Part shown: in pieces, positions 20,684 through 31,378 of the stretch
Layout: every line of letters starts with the position of its first letter
Numbering within the stretch: the first letter of the stretch is position 1
From: Candidatus Hydrogenedentota bacterium
GTDB taxonomy: Bacteria > Hydrogenedentota > Hydrogenedentia > Hydrogenedentales > SLHB01
Direction: 5' to 3'
Length of the DNA: 64,000 nt
Assembly (NCBI GenBank): GCA_963674865.2
Contig: CAXXYE010000008.1
Coordinates: 564,516-628,515, forward strand
The notes under the pieces: model-generated
Told to the model about the DNA's origin: nothing
The model's database searches: none
The model's input: only the letters and a program-made list of their open reading frames with translations
Translations under genes and position numbers: made by a program

Positions 20684-21346
20684 ATGATGCGAGCCGTTCG
20701 GGTCAGTTTCGTGGCGTTTCTCTGCGCCGCCGCGGCTTCGGCCGGGCCGTTGGCGCTTCCGGCCCCGTTTGCCCTTTCGCCGGCCGGTAAGTCGCTTACC
20801 GACAAGGAGACAGCCGCGCTCGATGCCGGGGACATCCTCACGCAATTGGAGGAGATCCCGGACAAGGACGTCAAGAAGGCGGTGGCCGTCGCCATCGTCG
20901 ACGCCCCGCCCGAGGACGTGTTTGCCGTGCTGACGGACTATGCCAACTTCACCCACTTCATGCCCTACTGTGAGAAGGTCGAGGTGCGGAAACGGAAGGG
21001 GCAGCGCTCCCGGGTGCGGTTCGCGCTGAACTTCCCCTGGCCTCTGGGCGACCGCCACTACGTGCTCGAACTCACCGACCGCGTCGATGAGGTCGACGGC
21101 GTTCGTGTCTGGGCCAGTCGCTGGACCTACGTGCCCGGAAGCGGCAACATTGACGATGCCTACGGCGCCTGGGAGGTCGTGTCCTGCGGGCCGGAGCGTT
21201 CCCTTGTGCGCTATACCGCCTTCACGGACCCCGGCGGCAAGCTGCCGGTATGGGCACGTAACAGCGCCACCAAGGTCGCCATACCCAAAGTGATCCAGGG
21301 CCTCCGCCGCCGCGTGAACGAGCAGGCCGAGATGGCCGCCGACTGA
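20684..21346 (+). CDS. Secreted SRPBCC/START family protein
   Basis: VDAPPEDVFAVLTDY...FMP, WPLGDRHY and DPGGKLPVW. Confidence 0.8.
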   Translation: MMRAVRVSFVAFLCAAAASAGPLALPAPFALSPAGKSLTDKETAALDAGDILTQLEEIPDKDVKKAVAVAIVDAPPEDVFAVLTDYANFTHFMPYCEKVEVRKRKGQRSRVRFALNFPWPLGDRHYVLELTDRVDEVDGVRVWASRWTYVPGSGNIDDAYGAWEVVSCGPERSLVRYTAFTDPGGKLPVWARNSATKVAIPKVIQGLRRRVNEQAEMAAD

Positions 21347-21468
21347 CCGGCCTTCTATGGGCCGGCCTGCGGGCCTTGGGAGCATTGGCCGGCGCGCCGA
21401 TGCATGCGCGAGCCATTTGAAAGCATCCTGCCTCCTGGGCAATACTAAGGGCAGGAGATTCACCTAGA

Positions 21469-23442
21469 TTGCAGGAACAAGGAAGTTTTCAGGGGAAGGC
21501 TGCTGCACTTCATCCATCCGACGGCACAGCGCCCCCGTTCAAGCCGGTTACGGTTCGAGCGGTGGTTATCGCCTGCGCGCTCATGCCCATCCTGGCGTTG
21601 TGGGTCGTTCAATCGGAGTTAATCTGGTATTCGGGCCATTCGACGGCCATTTCGCTCTTCTTCCACGTCACTTTCGTCATCTTTCTCCTTGCTCTCATCA
21701 ACCTCTACGTCGAGAAGCGCTGGCCTTATGCGGCGCTTTCTCCCGCGGAGCTGATGACGATCTACATGATGTTGGCCATCGCGGGGACCTTCTGCAGCCA
21801 CGACCTTCTTCAGGTCATGATCCCCATGCTCGGCTTCCCCAAGCATTTCGCCAATCCGCAGAACAATTGGGAAGAGAACATCCTCAAGTACATTCCCAAT
21901 TGGGCGATTGTGTCGGGCGATCAGGAGGCCTTGAACGGCCTCGCCGTCGGCAACGCGACGCTGTACAAATGGAATGTCATCAAGGCCTGGTTACAGCCCC
22001 TGGCGTTCTGGCTCGTCTTCCTTATGGCCCTCATGGGGGCGCTTCTGGCCATCAACGTCGTGTTTCGCCAGCACTGGACGGAGAAAGAGAAGCTCAGTTT
22101 CCCGGTGATCCAGATTCCCATGATGCTGGCCACCAATCTCCGGGAGTTGCTGCACAACAAGCTATTCTGGATAGCCTTCGGGATTGTGGGCGGCATTGAT
22201 ATCATCAACGGCATAAATCACTTCTTCCCGGCCGTCCCCGAGATCCCCATCGTTGAGGCGTTCTCTTTTCACGACTATTTCGTTGAGCGGCCCTGGAATT
22301 CCATCGCGGGGACGCAGATCAACCTCTTTCCTTTCGTGATCGGCCTAACCTTCTTCATGCCCACGGACCTCGCGTTCAGTTGCTGGTTCTTCTTCGTCTT
22401 CTTCAAGCTGCAAATCGTGTTGACCTCGGCGATTGGTTTCCACGAGTTGCCTGGCTTCCCCTTCCCGAACGAGCAGGCCGCCGGCGGCTACATCGCCCTG
22501 GGCCTGCTCGCGATCTGGGCCTCGCGGCGGCATATCGGCGCGGTGATCCGCACGGCCCTGGGGCGGCCCGGGGGGGCCGACGAGAGCCGCGAGCCCATGA
22601 GCTACCGCGTGACGCTCCTTGTGTTGTTCGTCTGCATCGCGATGCTGATCGTGCAATCCTGCATGCTCGGCGCTTCGTGGTACATGGCGCTGCTCTTTTT
22701 CATCATCTTCTTCCTCTATTCCATTGCCATCGCCCGCATGCGGGCCGAGTTGGGCCCGCCGGCCCACGATCTCCACGCCATGGGCCCCGACACGGTGATC
22801 CACAACGCCATAGGCACCCACCACCTCGGCACGGGCAATGTGGCCGCCTTCACCATGTTCTTCTGGTTCAACCGCGCCTACCGCGCCCATTTCTCGGCTC
22901 ACGACATGGAAGGCTTCAAGATCGCCCAACTCACGCGCACCGCCAGCCGCTCGATCATGAAAGCCATGATCATCGCGGTAATCGTCGGCGCCCTGGCGGC
23001 GATCTGGGCCCTCTTGCAAGCGCTTTATGTACACGGCTACAGCGGCCGTCCGGCCGGCGACGCCTTCGCCTGCGAGGGCTGGAACAAGATGGCCGCATGG
23101 CTGGCCTTTCCGCACAAGATCCGCACCGCCGCGAGCCTGGCCACGGCTTCGGGGCTGCTCTTCTCCCTGCTCCTCGGCGCCCTGCGGATGAAGTTCACCT
23201 GGTGGCTGTGGCATCCCGTCGGTTACGCCACCTCCACTTCGTGGTCCATGGAGAAGCTCTGGTTCTGCATCTTCATCGGCTGGCTGGCCAAGGCCCTCAT
23301 CACCCGCTACGGCGGGGCGCAGCTCTATCGGAAGGCGCTTCCCTTCTTCGTGGGGCTCGTGCTGGGCGAGTTCACCGTCGGCAGTTTTTGGATGATCTTC
23401 GGCTCCCTGGCGGGGAGAACCGTTTACCATTTCTGGGGCTGA
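21469..23442 (+). CDS. DUF6785/DUF6784-like polytopic membrane protein
   Basis: FRQHWTEKEKLSFP, RMRAELG, WLWHPVGY and RYGGAQLYRKALPFFVGLVLGE; many TM helices. Confidence 0.7.
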   Translation: MQEQGSFQGKAAALHPSDGTAPPFKPVTVRAVVIACALMPILALWVVQSELIWYSGHSTAISLFFHVTFVIFLLALINLYVEKRWPYAALSPAELMTIYMMLAIAGTFCSHDLLQVMIPMLGFPKHFANPQNNWEENILKYIPNWAIVSGDQEALNGLAVGNATLYKWNVIKAWLQPLAFWLVFLMALMGALLAINVVFRQHWTEKEKLSFPVIQIPMMLATNLRELLHNKLFWIAFGIVGGIDIINGINHFFPAVPEIPIVEAFSFHDYFVERPWNSIAGTQINLFPFVIGLTFFMPTDLAFSCWFFFVFFKLQIVLTSAIGFHELPGFPFPNEQAAGGYIALGLLAIWASRRHIGAVIRTALGRPGGADESREPMSYRVTLLVLFVCIAMLIVQSCMLGASWYMALLFFIIFFLYSIAIARMRAELGPPAHDLHAMGPDTVIHNAIGTHHLGTGNVAAFTMFFWFNRAYRAHFSAHDMEGFKIAQLTRTASRSIMKAMIIAVIVGALAAIWALLQALYVHGYSGRPAGDAFACEGWNKMAAWLAFPHKIRTAASLATASGLLFSLLLGALRMKFTWWLWHPVGYATSTSWSMEKLWFCIFIGWLAKALITRYGGAQLYRKALPFFVGLVLGEFTVGSFWMIFGSLAGRTVYHFWG

Positions 23443-23524
23443 CGCCGGCGCGCCACGGCCCCGAACAGAGGAAACAGCGCTGCCTAGTGGTATGGGTCAT
23501 ACTGATGGCGTCTTATTCTTGCCG

Positions 23525-23575
23525 CGAAAAGCAGGGACAGACACGTCTTCGCTTCGCTCCGCTTGTGTCAGTCCC
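23525..23575. repeat. 51-bp palindromic REP-like element (inverted twin of 30608-30658)
   Basis: Exact reverse complement of 30608-30658; internal hairpin GGGACAGACAC/GTGTCAGTCCC. Confidence 0.85.
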
Positions 23576-23678
23576 CGTTGTTCGCTTTTTCTTAGCGCTT
23601 CTTCATCTGCAGACAAGCAACGTCAATTATGGGTCATGACAATAGAATGGCCGAAATGACAGCAGAGAGCGGGATCCC

Positions 23679-26600
23679 ATGCGCTGGATAGCGGCCGGAA
23701 TCGCCGTCGTCGTCCTGACGATTGCCGTCGCCGGCTGGGTCGGACGCCCGAGCCCGCTCACCATCGAGATCCCGGACTTCAGCGGCGTCGAGGACCTCAG
23801 CGTCGAGCGCATTCACGGCCACCTCGACCGGCTCGCAAGCGGCGCCTCCCGCATGTCGGGCTATGACGCCGCCGGGCAGGCTTTCTCATACATCCGCGAG
23901 AGACTCGATGCATTGGGCGTCACGGCGATGGAGGTGCAGGAGTTCGACGTGGCGGCGCCCATCGTCGAAAGCGCGGCAGTCGACGTCCACACCCCCGGCG
24001 GGGACGTCACGATCCCGCTCCACCCGGTTTGGCCCAACCTCGTCCGCACCAGTCAGACAGGCCCGGAAGGGCTCAGCGGGCCGCTCGTCGACGTGGGCCG
24101 GGGCCGGGAAGTGGACCTGAACGGAAAAGACCTCCGCGGCGCCATCGTCGTCATGGACTGGGCCAGCGACGCCGAGTGGCTCAGTGTCCTGGAATTCGGC
24201 GGCAAGGCGGTGCTATTCCGCGCGAATGAGCTGGCCAGCGGCTACCAGGCCCGCAAGAAGTTCCTCACCGTCTCGACGAATATCCCCCGGTTCTTCGTGA
24301 CGGCCGATGGCCTGCCCATGCTTGACGCCGCCTTGGCCGCGCCCGAGCCGCGGGCGACCGTCCACTGCGCGATGGATTGGCAGTCCGTGCCCGCAAGGAA
24401 CCTTCTGGCGCGCATCACGGAACGCCCGAATGCTTCCACGGCGGCCGGGCATGACGCCACGCCTATCGTCTTCCACGCCTACTACGATGCCATCAGCGTC
24501 GTGCCGACCCTTGCGCCCGGCGCGGAGCAGGCCTGCGGCGCCGCCACCTTGCTCGAACTTGCGCACTACCTGACAAGCCTTCCCGAGGCGCCGCCCAGGC
24601 CCATCTATGTCCTTTTCACGGGCGGGCACGGCCAGGCCATGTCCGGCATGGCCCATTTCGTCCGCGAACTCCACGACGGCCTTGCGGAGGGATGGCGGGA
24701 TGCGCCGCCCGATTCGCTCCTGCGCGAGATGGGCCCGCCCGGCCTCATGATCGGCCTCGACCTGTCCACCCGGGCCGATCAGCTCGGACTCTTCTGCCTT
24801 GGACGGTTCCGCCAGCAGTCGGAAGGCTGGCTCCGGCCCAAGTTCAGCACCCTCGGCCTGAAGATGGACGCTTTCGCCAAGCAGTTCATGGACTCGCCCA
24901 CCCGGAGCATCGATAATAATCCGGCGCCCTTCGTCGATTGTATCAACCTTACCCACGGCCGGGGATGGTGGACGTTCTTTCCCTATCCCGCCGCCTTCGC
25001 GAGCGAGATTCCGACCTTGGCCGGATTCCCCGCGGTAACGTTGAGCACCATCAACGACGACCGCCGCTACGTGGACACGCCCGAGGACATCTTGCCGCGG
25101 CTCAATCTGGACCTCTTCGCCCGGCAACTCCTCTACGTGCCCGGGGAACGCGTCGGATTGGCGCGGCTGGCGCTGGCCTTCGCCTACTGGAAAGGCCCAT
25201 TCGTCAGTTCACCGCTCGAAAGCAAGTTGGCGAAGATTGCGGGCCGGGCAGTCTGGTTGCACCAGAAGGAGGACTACACGCCGAACCGGCCCCTTGCGGG
25301 GGCGGCCGTGGCCTTGAAGACCTATCGCAACGACAAGACCATCGTAGGCTTTCGCGGCGTGCCGGTGGCCCTGGCCGATGAGAAGGGACGGTTCGAGTTT
25401 GACGGGCTCATCGACACGACGGGCAACGCGCTGTTTGCGAACGTCGAACTCGAGGCTTACGGCCTGGCCAGTGAGCATTTCCTCGATGCGAATCCCGAGG
25501 CCGCCCAGGCCTACCTCGACGTGCTCCGGCGCGGCGGCATGGGGCGCGACGCGATTGAATCCGACGGGTCGATCATCTACGCGGTCGATTGGGCGCGCCC
25601 GGGCGAGTATCCCGTCGTAGCTTCCCTCATCAACGAGGTGCAGCATCTCAACCTGGTGACGTTCCCGTGCAAGCCCATCACGCTGTTCGGCCTGACGGAG
25701 CCGCGGGGGTTCGTCAGCCTGACGGATTTCCAGCTTCTCGACGCGGCAACCGAGAGTCCGCCGTTCCAATGGGGAGGAAGCTACAGCGACAGCGGCGTCG
25801 GCGATCCCGAGGAGAATTGCATCAGCGTCTGGGCCGATCCGACGCTCCGCGTGCGCCTGACCCTCGGCTTCGGGATCGGCGACAAGCGCCTGATCCTGAT
25901 CAATAACTCGCCCGAGGACCCCGTCGGCAAGGGCTACGTACTCAGCGAACTCGAAACCATCCCGTCCTGGGCGCTGCAAGGCGCGCGGAACATGTGGTGG
26001 CTGAACCAACACCGCATTAAGCAGTTCGAGAACTACGGCATCGCCAATCCCCGGGTGGCGTCGACGCACCAGGAGGCCGGAGAACACCTCGATAAGGCGG
26101 AAGCCGCCCTGGACGGCAACGACTACCTCGAATACCGCATCGAGTCCGAGAAGGGGTGGGCGCTCGAAAGCAAGGCGTACAACGAGCTGCGCGACATGGC
26201 CAACAACATGATCCGCGGCGTCCTGTTCTACCTGCTCCTGCTGCTTCCCTTCGCCTACTGCCTCGAAAGGCTGGTGGTCAATGCGGCCACCATTCGCAAC
26301 CGAGTTATCGGGATGGTGGTTATCTTTGTCGCGAGTTTCGTTGTCCTGGCGCTCATCCACCCCGCCTTCCGGTTCACCATGACGCCCATGCTTGTGCTGG
26401 TGGCGTTTGTCATTCTCGCGCTGGCGGCTTCCGTCAGCCTGTTGATCCTCGGCAAGTTCGACCGGATGCTCCGCGAGCGCAAACAGGCCCTGACGGGCGT
26501 CCGCGAAGATACCGTGGCCTTGGGCGACGTGGCCGTCCGGGCCGTCGACTTGGGCGTCGCGAACATCCGCCGCCGCCCGCAGCGCGCGTTCCTGACGGGA

Positions 26601-28328
26601 CTGACGATCATCCTGGTGACCTTCACGCTGCTGTCCTCCATCTCCGTCGTCCCCGAAGTCAGCATCTCCCGTCTGCGCCATCTCGAAGGCGAGCCTGTCT
26701 ACAACGGCCTGCTCACCCGGGATCGCGGGTGGGCGCCCATGCCCTTCCCCTTCTACGACTCCGTCAAGCGCTCGCTGGGATACGCCGAGGGAGAAGGGGA
26801 GAGCCGGCAGCCCAGGAACACAATTGTCGCGGGGCGGGCCTGGTTCTTCTCCGACTACTCCGGCAACCACTCGCGCATCGACCTGGCCCCCGTGGCGAGC
26901 CAAGACTCGACGGGGGGGCAGTTCACAACCATGGCGCTGATGGGCATGGAACCGACGGAGCCCGACGTAACGGCGGTCGAGGATACGCTGATAGCAGGCC
27001 GCTGGTTTCAAAACGAAGACGAGGTGGGAATCATCCTGCCTGAGCACGTCGCTGAGAATTTAGGCTTCTCTTCGGACGATTTGGGCAAGAAAGTTTTGGT
27101 TTTTGGCGAAGAACTGCCCGTTATCGGCGTGTTTGACTCCACCGAGTTTGATGAACTGCGCGATATCGACGGCGAGCCCCTCACACCCGTCAACTTCGTG
27201 CAGCAGCGCAATATGGACGCCCAGATGACGGTCGAAGAGCAGATCGACACGCTCAAGGAATACGTCCACTGGCCTTCCGACCAGATCGTCATTGTCCCCT
27301 TCAAGTTTGCGCGCACGCTGAACGGCACCGTCCGGAGCGTGGCCGTGCGCACGGGCGAGGAAGTGAGCGCCATCACGCTGGCGGAATCCTACGCGCGGCG
27401 CTCGAACATGGCCATCCTCGCCAGCGACGGCGAGCAAGTGACGTTGTTCGCCTCACTGAGCCGGAGCCGCATGAGCGCCGCCGGCCAGATCGCCATCCCC
27501 CTGTTCCTGGGCTTCATCATGGTTCTCGGCACCATGCTCGGGTCGGTGTACGAACGCCGCCGCGAGATCTTCGTCTACAACTCCGTCGGCCTGTCGCCGA
27601 CCAACGTGGCTTCGCTCTTCCTGGCCGAGTCCTCGGTGTACGCCATCATCGGTGCGGCCGCCGGCTACCTTCTCGGCCAGGGCGTCACGAAGCTCCTCTC
27701 CGTCACGGGCATGTTGTCCGGCCTGACGCTGAACTACTCGGCGGGCTCGACGGTCTTCGTCACCGTCCTGACGATGTTCATCGTGCTGCTCTCGACCCTC
27801 TATCCGGCGCGCCAGGCTTTCCTCGCCGCCGTGCCCAAACAGCGGAGACGCATCGAAGGCATCGAGGAGGACAGCGCAAGCGGCGGGGATACGGTGGGCC
27901 TCTATCTGCCCTTCGTCGCCAGCCCGTCGAGCATCTTCGCCATGCAGGCCTACATGTACGACTTCCTCGACAGCATCCAAGGCGTATCCATCGGCAGACT
28001 GGCCGTGGACGATCTCCAGGCCGGATGCGGCAGCGTCGCCGACCATCCCGCGCCGGTGCTCCGTTTTCGCGCATGGCTGGCGCCGTTCGACCTGGGCATC
28101 AGCCATAACGCCGAACTCAGCGTGGTCTTCCGGGAAGAGCGCAACGTTTACCAGTACCACTTGACCGCCACCCGGGAGAGCGGCGACCAGCAGAACTGGC
28201 GGCGGCTGACGCCGTGGTTCATTCTGGCGCTGCGCAAGCAACTTCTCATGTGGCGCATTCTCACACCCGAAGAGCAGGAGGTCTGTATGGAAAAGGCCGA
28301 GAAGCTCTTCGGACATCGAAAGGCGTGA
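23679..28328 (+). CDS. Large FtsX-like permease with N-terminal PA and degenerate M28 peptidase-like domain
   Basis: PA motif (GPLVDVGRG); AYYD...PGAEQACG...LLELA; FtsX motifs NIRRRPQR and SVYERRREIFVYNSVGL; 1549 aa. Confidence 0.8.
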   Translation: MRWIAAGIAVVVLTIAVAGWVGRPSPLTIEIPDFSGVEDLSVERIHGHLDRLASGASRMSGYDAAGQAFSYIRERLDALGVTAMEVQEFDVAAPIVESAAVDVHTPGGDVTIPLHPVWPNLVRTSQTGPEGLSGPLVDVGRGREVDLNGKDLRGAIVVMDWASDAEWLSVLEFGGKAVLFRANELASGYQARKKFLTVSTNIPRFFVTADGLPMLDAALAAPEPRATVHCAMDWQSVPARNLLARITERPNASTAAGHDATPIVFHAYYDAISVVPTLAPGAEQACGAATLLELAHYLTSLPEAPPRPIYVLFTGGHGQAMSGMAHFVRELHDGLAEGWRDAPPDSLLREMGPPGLMIGLDLSTRADQLGLFCLGRFRQQSEGWLRPKFSTLGLKMDAFAKQFMDSPTRSIDNNPAPFVDCINLTHGRGWWTFFPYPAAFASEIPTLAGFPAVTLSTINDDRRYVDTPEDILPRLNLDLFARQLLYVPGERVGLARLALAFAYWKGPFVSSPLESKLAKIAGRAVWLHQKEDYTPNRPLAGAAVALKTYRNDKTIVGFRGVPVALADEKGRFEFDGLIDTTGNALFANVELEAYGLASEHFLDANPEAAQAYLDVLRRGGMGRDAIESDGSIIYAVDWARPGEYPVVASLINEVQHLNLVTFPCKPITLFGLTEPRGFVSLTDFQLLDAATESPPFQWGGSYSDSGVGDPEENCISVWADPTLRVRLTLGFGIGDKRLILINNSPEDPVGKGYVLSELETIPSWALQGARNMWWLNQHRIKQFENYGIANPRVASTHQEAGEHLDKAEAALDGNDYLEYRIESEKGWALESKAYNELRDMANNMIRGVLFYLLLLLPFAYCLERLVVNAATIRNRVIGMVVIFVASFVVLALIHPAFRFTMTPMLVLVAFVILALAASVSLLILGKFDRMLRERKQALTGVREDTVALGDVAVRAVDLGVANIRRRPQRAFLTGLTIILVTFTLLSSISVVPEVSISRLRHLEGEPVYNGLLTRDRGWAPMPFPFYDSVKRSLGYAEGEGESRQPRNTIVAGRAWFFSDYSGNHSRIDLAPVASQDSTGGQFTTMALMGMEPTEPDVTAVEDTLIAGRWFQNEDEVGIILPEHVAENLGFSSDDLGKKVLVFGEELPVIGVFDSTEFDELRDIDGEPLTPVNFVQQRNMDAQMTVEEQIDTLKEYVHWPSDQIVIVPFKFARTLNGTVRSVAVRTGEEVSAITLAESYARRSNMAILASDGEQVTLFASLSRSRMSAAGQIAIPLFLGFIMVLGTMLGSVYERRREIFVYNSVGLSPTNVASLFLAESSVYAIIGAAAGYLLGQGVTKLLSVTGMLSGLTLNYSAGSTVFVTVLTMFIVLLSTLYPARQAFLAAVPKQRRRIEGIEEDSASGGDTVGLYLPFVASPSSIFAMQAYMYDFLDSIQGVSIGRLAVDDLQAGCGSVADHPAPVLRFRAWLAPFDLGISHNAELSVVFREERNVYQYHLTATRESGDQQNWRRLTPWFILALRKQLLMWRILTPEEQEVCMEKAEKLFGHRKA

Positions 28329-30442
28329 CAAAACCCGTGTCCGACAACGAAAACACGCACGAGACCGCGGAACAGGAACAGCTCGGGAGCGAGTTCGCCG
28401 TCGCCGCGGCGGACGACACTCTCGAACGGGGGCCTTACCTCGACGGGTTCTCGGCGCGGACGGTGGTCGGCGCCCTCTTCGTGGCGGTGGTCATGATGCC
28501 GGGGTCGGTGTACCTGGGCCTGGTGGCCGGCCAGTCGCTCGGCCCGGCGGCGGAGTGGGTGACTATCATCCTGTTCGCCGAACTGGCCCGGCGGAGCTTC
28601 ACGCATCTCCGCCGCCAAGAGGTGTTTGTCCTCTTCTACGTCGCGTCGTCCGTGGCGGCAGTTCAACTGGCCCACCTGGCCCTGTCGGGCGGGCCCATCG
28701 CCCTGAGCATCTGGAACCAGTACCTGCTCCAATCGCCCCAGACGGCCGGGATCGCCGAGCAGATACCGCATTGGGTCGTGCCGCCCGCCGACTCGCCCGG
28801 CATTCTCGACCGCAATATCATGGACAAGGCCTGGTGGTGGTCGGATACCGCCGGCTTCCTCTCGCCCATTCTACTCATCGCCCTAGGTTACTTGCTGGGG
28901 CGCATGGCGTGGTTCGGCCTTGGCTACCTCATCTTCCGCGCCACCTCCGACGCCGAGCGGCTGCCTTTCCCCCTCGCTCCCATCGCGGCGCAAGGCGCAA
29001 CGGCCCTGGCGGAGTCCACCGAACGCGAGGAGGGCGGGCAAGTCGCCAAACGGTCGTGGCGCTGGAATGTGTTCAGCATCGGGGCGACCTTCGGCATCGT
29101 GTTCGGCGGCCTCTACGTCCTGGTGCCGGTGCTCACCGGCCTGTTCATGAGCAAACCTATCATGCTCTTCCCGATCCCCTTCGCCGATTTCACGCAGAAC
29201 GTGGAAAACATCTTGCCTGCGAGCCTCGTCTCCATCAGTTTCGACGCCGTCATCATCCTGACGGGCATGATCCTGCCGTTTCGGCTCATCCTGGGCATGT
29301 TCGCCGCCGTTATCGCCACGAGCGTGATCGGGAATCCGATCCTGGTGCGGTTGGGCGTCTTCGAGCACTGGACCCCCGGCAACGGCCTGCTCGTCAACCA
29401 GATGATCCTCAGTTTCGACTTCTGGATGAGCGTGTCGGTGGGCATGGCCATCGCCGTGGCCCTGGTTGGCTTCCGGCAGGTGTTCAAGACGCTGTGGCGC
29501 AAGTACCGGGCGGGGCGAGACTCGAGCGAGCCGACTCCCGAACGCGACCCCGGGCACGATGATCCGAACGAGCCGCCCTACCGCCGCCCGAGCAAGGAGC
29601 GCGGCGATATCCCGACGTGGAGCGCGGTCGCCCTGTTCATCGCCGCGACGGCGGGCTTCACGTGGATCTCCCACATCCTCGTGCCGGGATTTCCCTTGTG
29701 GATCTTCCTGATCTTCGGATTCATCTGGTCGCCCCTGCACTCGTATATCTCGGCGCGGCTCATCGGACTGACGGGCCGGGGCCTCGTAACGCCCTTCCTG
29801 AAGGAGACGGTGTTCATCACCAGCGGCTACAAGAATGTGGACATCTGGTTCGCGCCGATACCTTTGTTCGACTTCGGCCCCGTGGCCCAGAAGTTCCGCG
29901 AACTCGAACTGACGCGCACGAAGTTTACCTCCCTCGTCAAGGCCGAGCTGGTGATGTTCCCCATCATCTTCTTGTGCAGCCTGGCGTTCTGGTGGTTTTT
30001 CTGGCACATGAACCAGATCCCCTCGGATCGGTTTCCCTTCGCGGCGCGCACCTGGCCCGTGGCGGCGCGGCAGGCCTATCTCATCTTCACGGCGAACAGC
30101 TCGGAGAACGCCCTGCTGCTGAACGCGCTGAAGCCGCCCGTCATCGGCGGCGCGCTCGGCGTCGGCCTGGTGCTGTACGCCTGCCTGAGCTTCCTGAAGC
30201 TCCCCGTGATCTTCTTCTATGGTATCGTGGGCGGCATCGGCCAGCCGCTTCACGTGGGCCTGGGCCTGCTGGTCGGGGCGCTGTTGAGCCGGTATTACTT
30301 CGCGCGGAAATTCGGCAAGGAGCGCTGGAACCGATACATCCCCGTCGTGGCGGCGGGCTTTTCCTGCGGTATGGGACTCGCGGGCATGACGGCCGTCGGC
30401 CTGGCTCTCATCGCCCAGTGCACGCGCCAGTTGCCGTTTTGA
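28325..30442 (+). CDS. OPT-like polytopic 'peptide transporter'
   Basis: GTGA overlap with the upstream stop; DAERLPFPLAPIAAQGATALAE (OPT-like motif); many TM helices. Confidence 0.65.
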   Translation: MTKPVSDNENTHETAEQEQLGSEFAVAAADDTLERGPYLDGFSARTVVGALFVAVVMMPGSVYLGLVAGQSLGPAAEWVTIILFAELARRSFTHLRRQEVFVLFYVASSVAAVQLAHLALSGGPIALSIWNQYLLQSPQTAGIAEQIPHWVVPPADSPGILDRNIMDKAWWWSDTAGFLSPILLIALGYLLGRMAWFGLGYLIFRATSDAERLPFPLAPIAAQGATALAESTEREEGGQVAKRSWRWNVFSIGATFGIVFGGLYVLVPVLTGLFMSKPIMLFPIPFADFTQNVENILPASLVSISFDAVIILTGMILPFRLILGMFAAVIATSVIGNPILVRLGVFEHWTPGNGLLVNQMILSFDFWMSVSVGMAIAVALVGFRQVFKTLWRKYRAGRDSSEPTPERDPGHDDPNEPPYRRPSKERGDIPTWSAVALFIAATAGFTWISHILVPGFPLWIFLIFGFIWSPLHSYISARLIGLTGRGLVTPFLKETVFITSGYKNVDIWFAPIPLFDFGPVAQKFRELELTRTKFTSLVKAELVMFPIIFLCSLAFWWFFWHMNQIPSDRFPFAARTWPVAARQAYLIFTANSSENALLLNALKPPVIGGALGVGLVLYACLSFLKLPVIFFYGIVGGIGQPLHVGLGLLVGALLSRYYFARKFGKERWNRYIPVVAAGFSCGMGLAGMTAVGLALIAQCTRQLPF

Positions 30443-30607
30443 TGCATGTTAGGAGTGCGGCCAGAAAGCCGCCGAATGACAGGAGCTGAGAATTGTGGCC
30501 ATTGACAAGAGAGGATTTGGAAGTGCTTTTTGGCCGCATCCCACCAGGCGCCGCGCTTTCAGGTCGGACTTCCAGGATCGTGACTCATGAAAGAGAAACG
30601 AAAAACA

Positions 30608-30658
30608 GGGACTGACACAAGCGGAGCGAAGCGAAGACGTGTCTGTCCCTGCTTTTCG
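30608..30658. repeat. 51-bp palindromic REP-like element (inverted twin of 23525-23575)
   Basis: Exact reverse complement of 23525-23575. Confidence 0.85.
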
Positions 30659-30683
30659 ATAGCAGCGTCTCTGGAGAAGCAGG

Positions 30684-31373
30684 ATGGGTGACGAACAACA
30701 ACATGAGGCTCTCACAGCGGCGACTCAGCAAGTCGTGCTGCCTTGGCGGCGCTCTTTGGAGATGTGCTGGCTCAGCCTGAAGAACCGGCGCGGGCGCATC
30801 CTCCTCGTGTTCCTGGGCATCGCCGTGGTGACGGCCTTTCTCGTCGACATGTTGGCCTATCACCGCATCCTCGCGGATCTGCGCCGGACGGACGATGTCC
30901 ACACGCGCGCCGTGCTCGAGCGGGCGGGGGTGCTGTCGAACAATCCCGAGGCGAGCACGCGCAACCGCGATCAGATGGCCTGGCTCCTCGGCTTGTCCGC
31001 CCTGCTCTGCCTGGTGGGCGTCACGAACACGATGTTCATGAGCGTCAACGAGCGTTTCCGCGAGATAGGGACGCTCAAGTGCCTGGGGGCTTTGGACAGC
31101 TTCATCGTGCGGCTGTTCATGATCGAAAGCCTCTTCATAGGCATGGTAGGCAGTTCGATAGGCGCCGTGCTGGGCTTCCTGCTGGCCTTGCTGCAATTGG
31201 GCATGGCCCTCGAATTCGGCGTGTTGCAGGGCGGGGCTCTGCTCAGGGCGCTGGTGTTGGCGGTGCCGTCGGCGGTAGCGGCCGGCACATTCCTGACGGT
31301 GGTCGCGGCGATTTACCCGGCCCGCGTAGGGGCACGTATGAAACCTGTGGACGCGATGCGCGTGGAGGTGTGA
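30684..31373 (+). CDS. FtsX-like ABC permease (short)
   Basis: SVNERFREIGTLKCLGA and YPARVGARMKPVDAMR. Confidence 0.9.
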   Translation: MGDEQQHEALTAATQQVVLPWRRSLEMCWLSLKNRRGRILLVFLGIAVVTAFLVDMLAYHRILADLRRTDDVHTRAVLERAGVLSNNPEASTRNRDQMAWLLGLSALLCLVGVTNTMFMSVNERFREIGTLKCLGALDSFIVRLFMIESLFIGMVGSSIGAVLGFLLALLQLGMALEFGVLQGGALLRALVLAVPSAVAAGTFLTVVAAIYPARVGARMKPVDAMRVEV

Positions 31374-31378
31374 GTCAG

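Noticed and set aside
25209..27047. Long antisense ORFs (also 47561-49522, 52309-54141, 28883-30253)
   Set aside because: Shadow ORFs of high-GC genes, with no recognisable motifs
30743..31378. N-terminal extension of the ABC ATPase ORF
   Set aside because: Overlaps the FtsX gene in another frame; ATG 31379 has a GGAGG RBS
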